A stretch of DNA of 64,000 bases from an uncultured Desulfovibrionaceae bacterium (GTDB lineage: Bacteria > Desulfobacterota > Desulfovibrionia > Desulfovibrionales > Desulfovibrionaceae), in contig CAYJHH010000001.1 in the NCBI GenBank assembly GCA_964369995.1, positions 3,048 to 67,047 on the forward strand, in the 5' to 3' direction. This document shows positions 6,895-13,817 of this stretch, in pieces. The position numbers and the translations under genes are program-made. Within the stretch, counting starts at the first letter, position 1; each line of letters starts with the position of its first letter. Under the pieces are notes generated by a model that was not told the origin of the DNA, made no database searches, and saw nothing but the letters and a program-made list of their open reading frames with translations.

Positions 6895-8256
6895 ATGACA
6901 AAATTTACACATCTAGAAAATGTAGACATATCATCGCTACTTCTTGATACAAGCAATCCTAGATTAGGATTGCTTTCAAGCCAGCAAGATTGTATTTATG
7001 AAATGTTTAGCGATGAAAATGATGCAAACAAGCTTATGGAGCTCATAAAAAGTATTGCTACGCATGGAATTATGGACCAACGAATCGTAGTTGTAAAAAG
7101 TGAAGATGAAAATTTTTACACAGTAAAAGATGGTAACAGACGCATTACTGCGCTCAAAGTTTTAAACAATCCTGCAGAAGCGCCTGAAAAATTACGTTTG
7201 AAGCTTAAAACTATTATTGAGCAAGCTCAAACACCAATTACAGAAACAGTAAATTGTGAGCTAGCAGCTGACCTTGAAACGGCGCACCTTGATATGGAGC
7301 TTAAGCACACCGGTGAGCAAAAGGGAGCCGGGCAAATAAGTTGGGGAGCACGCGAAAAAGATAATTTTGCTTTAATGACTGGAAAAACTCCCAAGTATGC
7401 TCTATCCAAACAAATTTGTGAGTTTTTAAAAGCTCAAGGAATTGTTGACACTGATAAAGCTGACATTACAACGCTAGAGCGTATTTTTACCAAAAGCACT
7501 TTAGAAAAATTGGGTATCTTAGTCACTGACTCGAAAATAAATTTCACCAACATAACGCCAAGCACGATAAACATCTTATCTTTAATAGTGGAAGATTTTT
7601 CAACCAAAAAGCGTAAAGTAGGGGATGTTTACAACAAGGAAGAAAGGGACAAATATATAGATGAAGTATTACAACGAGATTCCACAGGAGAGCAACCAAC
7701 CAAGGTAGCCATTCCCCCTCAAGCCGATGCACCACTTCAACAAAATGATACCCCAACAGGGGCACCGAGCATAGGACTGCAAGCTCCTCCTAAACAGTCA
7801 CCTCCGCAATATAGAGGCCCGACAACCGCTACTTGGGATAGAAAAAGACTTATACCACGCTACACATCACTACACATTCCCAAAAGAGAAGCAAAAGCAT
7901 ACAACGTTTTTGTAGAACTCAGTAGTAAAATTGATGTAAGAGAAGCTCCGATAGCAGCAAGCGTAATGTTTCGACTTTTAATTGAATTTTCAGTAAGTTA
8001 TTACATAAAGAAAAACAATATTCAAAGTCCTAAACATTTACACTCTCTTATTGACAATGCTGCAAAGCATATGGTTAGTCAAAACGTCTTAAAAAACGAC
8101 GATATAAAAAATCTGCTGTCAGGTTGCGCTGCGCCTATTATTAAAACCCAAGATTTAAATGCATTTGTTCATGATTCTAATTTTCAACCAACTCCACAAA
8201 ATATAAACACTGCTTTTGAAAATATGCAACATTTCCTAGCCTTGTGCTGGAAATAA
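6895..8256 (+). CDS. ParB/Srx-fold N-terminal domain protein with P/Q-rich linker and helical C-terminal domain
   Basis: ISSLLLDTSNPRL and VKDGNRRITALKVL match ParB N-terminal domain boxes. A low-complexity linker (PPQADAPLQQNDTPTGAPSIGLQAPPKQSPPQ) separates an uncharacterised C-terminal domain. Confidence 0.6.
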   Translation: MTKFTHLENVDISSLLLDTSNPRLGLLSSQQDCIYEMFSDENDANKLMELIKSIATHGIMDQRIVVVKSEDENFYTVKDGNRRITALKVLNNPAEAPEKLRLKLKTIIEQAQTPITETVNCELAADLETAHLDMELKHTGEQKGAGQISWGAREKDNFALMTGKTPKYALSKQICEFLKAQGIVDTDKADITTLERIFTKSTLEKLGILVTDSKINFTNITPSTINILSLIVEDFSTKKRKVGDVYNKEERDKYIDEVLQRDSTGEQPTKVAIPPQADAPLQQNDTPTGAPSIGLQAPPKQSPPQYRGPTTATWDRKRLIPRYTSLHIPKREAKAYNVFVELSSKIDVREAPIAASVMFRLLIEFSVSYYIKKNNIQSPKHLHSLIDNAAKHMVSQNVLKNDDIKNLLSGCAAPIIKTQDLNAFVHDSNFQPTPQNINTAFENMQHFLALCWK

Positions 8257-8310
8257 TTTTCTGGCCAAATTCTTTTTTTCTTGTTAAGCACAAGAAAAAG
8301 GCAGGAACAT

Positions 8311-9144
8311 ATGTTTTATTCACCGCTACGGTACCCTGGAGGAAAAGGGAAAATTTCCTCACTTGTAAAAAATATTTTGCGGCAAAACAACCTCATGGAC
8401 TGCACCTATGTAGAACCCTACTCTGGTGGTGCTGGAGTTGCGTTGGCTTTACTTCTTGAAGGTTTTGCAAGGTATATAGTAATAAATGACCTTGACCCAG
8501 AAATTTATGCTTTTTGGGAAATAGCAGTCAATAATACTGATTACTTATGCGACCGTATAGAACATGTAAAAGTTTCTATGGATGAATGGTATAGGCAAAA
8601 AGAAATCAATGCTAATCATGAAGCATATGATATAAAAGACGTTGCATTTTCAACATTTTTTCTGAACAGAACCAATAGGTCTGGTATTATTAAAGGCGGA
8701 GTTATAGGGGGCACTAAGCAGGACGGAAAGTATAAAATTGATGCACGATTTAACAAAGCAAATCTTATTGAAAGAATCAAACTCATTGGAAAGTACCGCA
8801 AGCGAATTTCCGTCCACAATAAAGATGCTTTAGAGCTCGTGGATTTTATGGCTGCAACTAACAATCAGAAAATTTTCTTCTATTTTGACCCCCCTTATTT
8901 TAATAAAGGGCAAACTCTTTATAAAAATAGCTACACAGAAAATGACCACGCAGCAGTGGCCCAAAAAATCCAAGCATTAAATCTGCCATGGATTGTGACA
9001 TATGATGATGTGCCCAACATTAGAGATTTATATTCACCCTCTTCCGCACAAGACCTTCAAATCAATTACTCAGCATGTAAACGTGGAAAAGGGCAAGAAG
9101 TTCTGTTTTATAACAACATAGAGCTCCCACATATCACGGCTTAA
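8311..9144 (+). CDS. Dam-family (D12 class) N6-adenine DNA methyltransferase
   Basis: N-terminal SPLRYPGGK and catalytic FYFDPPY motifs. The ATG at 8311 is preferred to the TTG at 8281. Confidence 0.85.
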   Translation: MFYSPLRYPGGKGKISSLVKNILRQNNLMDCTYVEPYSGGAGVALALLLEGFARYIVINDLDPEIYAFWEIAVNNTDYLCDRIEHVKVSMDEWYRQKEINANHEAYDIKDVAFSTFFLNRTNRSGIIKGGVIGGTKQDGKYKIDARFNKANLIERIKLIGKYRKRISVHNKDALELVDFMAATNNQKIFFYFDPPYFNKGQTLYKNSYTENDHAAVAQKIQALNLPWIVTYDDVPNIRDLYSPSSAQDLQINYSACKRGKGQEVLFYNNIELPHITA

Positions 9145-9497
9145 CTTTCCCTACACACTTTCTTCCCTAACTCACGAGCTAGCCCCTTATATTAGCGGCG
9201 GCTCGTGCGTTTAGCCTTGCTTGAGGGACAAGAGTTTTTTATGCGCCACCTTTGCCGCAAATGTTCATACGGCTAGACTGCGCCCTATAAGTCGCACAAC
9301 CCCCTGCATCAGGCGAATGCCATACACCAAAATCATAACCGGTGATTCCATACGACTTCATAATTTTCCTTCTTTTTTTCTCTCCCCCTTGACAAAACCG
9401 TATCACACGACCACAATGAAATCGTGTAAGAGCAAATACCGTGCAGGGGAGTAATAACTATTTATATTTTATAATTTTATATTTTAGGAGATTTATT

Positions 9498-9854
9498 ATG
9501 ACAATTGAAGAATTATATGACTCCATTCCTGGCATTAAATCTGCACCTTTCGTGTGGAAAAACGGCAACACAACCACTGGCACTCGCATTGAAATGATTA
9601 CAATGGATGCCCGCTACCTACAGAACACCTCCAATATGATAGATAATCATGTTAAGGAGTACGAAGCTATGAATTCCCCAGCGCAAGACATTCCTGAAGC
9701 TTCTCGAAAAATTGAGGAGCTGGAATTTGCATTAGATTTTTTAGAAAACAAGCTCAAAAGTGACGGTAAATCCCTGGATACTCACCCGAGCATGACTCTA
9801 AAAGCCCTTAATGTAACGACCCAAAACTTAATACATAATTACGACAAAGAATAA
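9498..9854 (+). CDS. Hypothetical protein (118 aa)
   Basis: AGGAG SD lies 7 nt upstream of the ATG at 9498. The 3' end overlaps the convergent ORF 9839-10075. No motif. Confidence 0.45.
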   Translation: MTIEELYDSIPGIKSAPFVWKNGNTTTGTRIEMITMDARYLQNTSNMIDNHVKEYEAMNSPAQDIPEASRKIEELEFALDFLENKLKSDGKSLDTHPSMTLKALNVTTQNLIHNYDKE

Positions 9855-10075
9855 CAAACCAACACCCCAGCATCCACAAGCCCCTGCACATGCTCTTCCA
9901 CGCTGGCGGTGGACACTTCTGCTCCGCACCAGTCCTTGGCACGTTTGGCAGAGCCGAGCATCCACTCCTCAAGAGTGGGCTCAGGGATAAATTTCATTTG
10001 CCAAAGCTGTTCCGCAATGCCTTGGAGGCTCTCCGCCTCCAAGGTTTCATCACTTAAAGTTTTAAATTTATACAT
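9839..10075 (-). CDS. Hypothetical small acidic protein (78 aa) downstream of the amidoligase
   Basis: The internal ATG at 10075 is preceded by GGGAGGGGG, 13 nt after the amidoligase stop. This start is preferred over the track start at 10156. Confidence 0.45.
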   Translation of the reverse strand: MYKFKTLSDETLEAESLQGIAEQLWQMKFIPEPTLEEWMLGSAKRAKDWCGAEVSTASVEEHVQGLVDAGVLVCYSLS

Positions 10076-10088
10076 ACCCCCTCCCTTT

Positions 10089-11048
10089 TTACGCTGCACT
10101 AAGCACTGCTGCACGGTTACGATAAAAGATTTGTAAGAACTCAGCAACACCATCAAAGAGGCTGCCGGAGGTCACAGGCTGAGCCACAGCTGCGCTGCGC
10201 ACTTGGTAGCCGATGGCACGATCATACACGATGTGCATACCGGCTTGACGCAAACGAGTAACGGCTGCCCTGGCAGAATGCACTTGCCAATCAAAGCGTT
10301 GGCACATGGCCTCCAAGGTTACAACACCCTCAGCGCTTTCAAAAAACATGGCGGCAAGCTGACCAGACACACCTTGCAAGCTTGGCACAGCTACCTGCAC
10401 AGCTGGAGCATCCACACGACTTTTGCACTCAGTAATAAAAGCGTCAAGCAAACGCACCCAGTTCACGGCCTTGGGAGCATTCAAGGTGCCGGAGTGCTGA
10501 CGAAACTCCACAGTTCCATGAACATGGTGAGACTTCAAATTTACTTTAAAGTAACGTCCGCTTTGTGCCTCCACAAGTTCCCTCAAAGTTGTAGCATTAC
10601 GAAAAGACGCAGATTGTGCAAGCTCAATTACGCTTCTGCAATAGGAGTTAGTATTACCACGGCGTGAAGGAGGCATGAAAGCATCAATTTCTGCCTCATG
10701 GGCTGCATAGCGTGTTACAATGGTGCGAATATGGTCAACGCTAAGGTCTGCTGCATCAAAATGAACATGGAAGCCACAAGTGCGATTTACAGAGCCGCCC
10801 ATATCATCAAGTGCAGTGGTCACAGCACGAAGCTGCTCAAGCCCTTCTTCACCTTGCAGTACCGGACTTACAACTTCAAAACCGCCACGCACAGAACTGT
10901 CTGGTACGATTTTCCAATGGCAGCGTATGGTGTGATTATAGCCTTCAGCCTGCACACTGACACCAACCAAACGTAAAGCTTGTACCGCTTGCTCACGGCT
11001 AATGCCCACCATTTCCAATTCTACACCAAACTTACGATTCATATTCAA
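10089..11048 (-). CDS. Amidoligase_2 (glutamine-synthetase-like carboxylate-amine ligase) fused to a DUF3489-like wHTH
   Basis: KFGVELEMVG, HWKIVPDSSV..GFEVVSPVL, CGFHVHFDA and HGTVEFRQHSGT match the putative amidoligase family. The C-terminal FDWQVHSARAAVTRLRQAG matches the W-Q-x-H-S-x-R hallmark I associate with DUF3489. Confidence 0.65.
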   Translation of the reverse strand: MNMNRKFGVELEMVGISREQAVQALRLVGVSVQAEGYNHTIRCHWKIVPDSSVRGGFEVVSPVLQGEEGLEQLRAVTTALDDMGGSVNRTCGFHVHFDAADLSVDHIRTIVTRYAAHEAEIDAFMPPSRRGNTNSYCRSVIELAQSASFRNATTLRELVEAQSGRYFKVNLKSHHVHGTVEFRQHSGTLNAPKAVNWVRLLDAFITECKSRVDAPAVQVAVPSLQGVSGQLAAMFFESAEGVVTLEAMCQRFDWQVHSARAAVTRLRQAGMHIVYDRAIGYQVRSAAVAQPVTSGSLFDGVAEFLQIFYRNRAAVLSAA

Positions 11049-11163
11049 CTCCTTATTTTTTTTAGGGATTGTTCCCCTTGCGTTGAATACACTTAAACTT
11101 GGCTTGAAAAATGTTGCAAGTCATTTCTTCATATTTTTTACATAAAATTTTATGCATTTTCAT

Positions 11164-11192
11164 TTGACAAAATACATAATTTTTTACATACT
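11164..11192 (+). promoter_or_regulatory. Candidate hicAB promoter
   Basis: TTGACA at 11164-11169 with an A/T-rich -10-like TACATA/CATACT 15-17 nt downstream. A repeated ATTTTTTACATA box occurs here and about 35 nt upstream. Confidence 0.3.
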
Positions 11193-11212
11193 CTTTCTTA
11201 CAGGAGGACGCA

Positions 11213-11392
11213 ATGAAGCGTAAAGAAATCCTGAAAAAGCTATCAAAGTTAGGTTTCAAATTAGAAGAAGGTGGAAACCACACCAAGATTTACAAGGATG
11301 GTGTTTATATGAGCTGCCTATCAAGGCAAGCCGAGATAAACGAAATCATCGTCTTGAAAATCGAAAAACAACTTGGAATCAAACTACGATAG
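11213..11392 (+). CDS. hicA: HicA-family mRNA interferase toxin (59 aa)
   Basis: Hand-translated ORF below the track cut-off: MKRKEILKKLSKLGFKLEEGGNHTKIYKDGVYMSCLSRQAEINEIIVLKIEKQLGIKLR. It has the typical HicA layout (L.k.Gf......g.H.k) and an AGGAGG SD. hicB lies immediately downstream. Confidence 0.8.
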   Translation: MKRKEILKKLSKLGFKLEEGGNHTKIYKDGVYMSCLSRQAEINEIIVLKIEKQLGIKLR

Positions 11393-11438
11393 CACCCCAG
11401 GGGGAGGGAAACCTCCCCCACTTTAAAAAGGAGTACCT

Positions 11439-11867
11439 ATGTCACGATATTATTATGTAAGCATAATCCCTGTTAAAGAGGGTGGGTATACTGCTTCTAT
11501 TTTTGACTTCCCAGAAGCCATGACCCAAGGGGACACCATTGAAGAAGCCATTGAAATGGCAGAAGACACTCTGGCCATAAGCGCAGAGGAATATACCAGA
11601 GAAAGAAGAACCATCCCTACCCCCTCAAGCTTTGAGGTCATAAAGCAAAAAACTTTGCAAGAGATGGAAGAGTATAAAGATCATATAGACACAAGCCGTG
11701 ATGTATTTTACCAGCTTTTAAAAATGCCCAACGTGGATACAAAACCTGTAAAAGTTACCGTGAGCTTTCCCAAAAATGTACTTGAGCAGATAGACAAAAA
11801 AGCTGAAGCCTACGGCATGACTCGCTCTGGCCTACTGGCACAATCCGCCCTGGCCTATGAAGGATAA
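11439..11867 (+). CDS. hicB: HicB antitoxin with C-terminal ribbon-helix-helix
   Basis: The N-terminus YYYVSIIPVKEGGYTASIFDFPEAMTQGDTIEEAIEMAEDTL is a HicB-like fold. The C-terminus VTVSFPKNVLEQIDKKAEAYGMTRSGLLAQ is RHH/CopG-like. Confidence 0.85.
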   Translation: MSRYYYVSIIPVKEGGYTASIFDFPEAMTQGDTIEEAIEMAEDTLAISAEEYTRERRTIPTPSSFEVIKQKTLQEMEEYKDHIDTSRDVFYQLLKMPNVDTKPVKVTVSFPKNVLEQIDKKAEAYGMTRSGLLAQSALAYEG

Positions 11868-11872
11868 TACAG

Positions 11873-11903
11873 AAAAAGCCCTGCAAAAAATGCAGGGCTT
11901 TTT
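11873..11903. terminator. Bidirectional intrinsic terminator
   Basis: AAAAA-GCCCTGCA-AAAAA-TGCAGGGC-TTTTT, immediately after hicB. Confidence 0.65.
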
Positions 11904-12031
11904 GTATGAGCCAATAAATAGTTAAAAGATGATTTACACTAACCTTAAACAGTATCTCAACTATTTATGTCAGCCTCCCTGTAGAGCATTATATATATTA
12001 ATTAAAACATTATGCACAAATTTAATTTTAT

Positions 12032-13249
12032 TTAATAGTCAATTCTGTCTTTAAGCTTATAAGGTTTATATGACGAAAGATAAATTGATCCATAAAAATT
12101 AATAACATCCTTATTTTCTTGTATAGATATTGCCTTAAATATTTCATGAATATATTTTCCAATATTTCTTGTCTCTTCATACAAGCACATTATTTCATCA
12201 CTATCTAATAGCTTATTAAATTTTTCAACCAAGCTTAAAAATCTATCACATGATTTAGGATGAGTATTATTCGAACAATATTGTGATTTTGATACTGATA
12301 CGCAAAACTGAGAATAAATATCTAAAAAAATGAAAAAAATAAGTGCAGCTTTTAAAATTTCTTTTCTATTTTCTATAGACACTACATTTAAAATTGCATT
12401 ACAATCAGCGTCATATTCGAAACAATGACTATAATTAGCAACTTTAATATCTCCTTCAATTGCAAATGATTGACAAGCTATCCAGTTAGTAGATTCATAA
12501 TCTAAATGTCCTAACAGAATATGTGCATATTCATGTCCAAAAATAAACTGCATCTGCAATTCAACAGAATTCATTATTTTAGATTCAATCTTCTTATCTA
12601 ATACACATCTTGGGTCTAAGTCAAAATCAAGGGATTCATTTCCTAACATGATTCTCATTGCTATAACCTTAGCTACATCGCAGTCAAGATCGTTGAAACC
12701 ATAAGACGTTCCAAAGAATCCAATTGTCATAAAATAGCAAAAATGAATCATATTTTCTGACGCAACAACAAGATCACCAACAAGAGATTTCATACAAAGT
12801 GCATTCGTATCATTTATCAACATTAATCCTGATGGGATCTGCTTAATTTTCTTCATATTTTTCTTAGAGATTTTTTTTGCGTATCCCTTATGATAATTGT
12901 CAAGCACATGGTAATAGTGCGATAGATGCCAAATATGTCCACGTTCTTCATATATTTTTCTTCTAGCTCTCATGACTCGTGTAGACCTTGGAGCATCAAC
13001 AATAGCATCAACTCTTAATTTTAGTAGATAATCGTACGAATTTTTAATACCCCTTAGTCGTATAATTTCTTTTTTAGAACAAAAGGCTAAGTAAAAAAGC
13101 TCATCTTGCTCTAATCCTTCCGTTTCATGTGCGAAAAAAACATCTTGTACGTGAAAAGAACCATCGGCTCCATCAATAATAAAACCTTGCTTTGCTTTTC
13201 TAATACTGCAGGTGTCAGCAAATATTTTTTGTAAACTATCAATATCCAT
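12032..13249 (-). CDS. Standalone HExxH zinc metallopeptidase, ImmA/IrrE (M78) / Lit (U49)-like
   Basis: 405 aa in a very AT-rich island. FGHEYAHILLGH is followed about 35 aa later by FEYDADCNAI (HExxH ... E-x-x-A-D/N third-ligand motif). The large N-terminal region is of unknown function and no HTH partner is adjacent. Confidence 0.6.
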   Translation of the reverse strand: MDIDSLQKIFADTCSIRKAKQGFIIDGADGSFHVQDVFFAHETEGLEQDELFYLAFCSKKEIIRLRGIKNSYDYLLKLRVDAIVDAPRSTRVMRARRKIYEERGHIWHLSHYYHVLDNYHKGYAKKISKKNMKKIKQIPSGLMLINDTNALCMKSLVGDLVVASENMIHFCYFMTIGFFGTSYGFNDLDCDVAKVIAMRIMLGNESLDFDLDPRCVLDKKIESKIMNSVELQMQFIFGHEYAHILLGHLDYESTNWIACQSFAIEGDIKVANYSHCFEYDADCNAILNVVSIENRKEILKAALIFFIFLDIYSQFCVSVSKSQYCSNNTHPKSCDRFLSLVEKFNKLLDSDEIMCLYEETRNIGKYIHEIFKAISIQENKDVINFYGSIYLSSYKPYKLKDRIDY

Positions 13250-13452
13250 TTCTACCTCATTAAACTTTACAAATTTAATATATACTAATTACAATCATTG
13301 CTTTACCATTTTTACCTCATGAAAAAATCTATCACCAGAATAGTATACTGTCTATGAAGCGCACACATAAACTCATGTAATTTTTTCGTACTATTAACTC
13401 CCTACGCACAAGGCGCCTATCACAGCATCACAGCCCAGCTCACTTTCCCACA

Positions 13453-13692
13453 CTATTTTCCCTTCACATCATCATGCTTTACCCTATCCTTTTCTTCCGC
13501 TCGCTTAGCATTGCAAAACCTATCCAATGTACCCACCAAATACCCCGTAATACGCCGTATCCTCTGAAAAGGTACATGCTTGCCTACCCTTTGAACTTTC
13601 TTTGCGTCTTTATCTTTTACATTATCTTCCACAGCAAAGCCCCCCACAATATATTCCCCGCAATAAAGCACACCCAGTTCACCGCCCACCAT
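13453..13692 (-). CDS. NrdD C-terminal-like glycyl-radical mini-protein (79 aa)
   Basis: QRIRRITGYLVGTLDRFCNAKRAEEKDRVKH parallels the anaerobic RNR glycyl-radical segment as I recall it (E. coli ..RRVCGYLG...FNAGKQEEVKRRVKH). No upstream NrdD body or zinc ribbon is present. Confidence 0.5.
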   Translation of the reverse strand: MVGGELGVLYCGEYIVGGFAVEDNVKDKDAKKVQRVGKHVPFQRIRRITGYLVGTLDRFCNAKRAEEKDRVKHDDVKGK

Positions 13693-13817
13693 TTATTTTT
13701 ACGTGCGTATCTAAATAACACCCCAAATCTGTAAAATTTCATATATACCCCAGCAAATAGTTTGGAATGTAAATATTAGTGCAAGCCTCTGCCAAAAAAC
13801 TTTCTTCATAAACACAA

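Noticed and set aside
9239-9361. 40-aa minus-strand ORF (MKSYGITGYDFGVWHSPDAGGCATYRAQSSRMNICGKGGA) between the Dam gene and the 9498 ORF
   Set aside because: It is only 40 aa with a weak SD and no recognisable family. It is kept as a note only. Ribo-seq or conservation would be needed to support it.
11062-11286. 74-aa minus-strand ORF
   Set aside because: It spans the divergent promoter region and runs antisense into hicA. The hicA reading has an SD and family-typical sequence.
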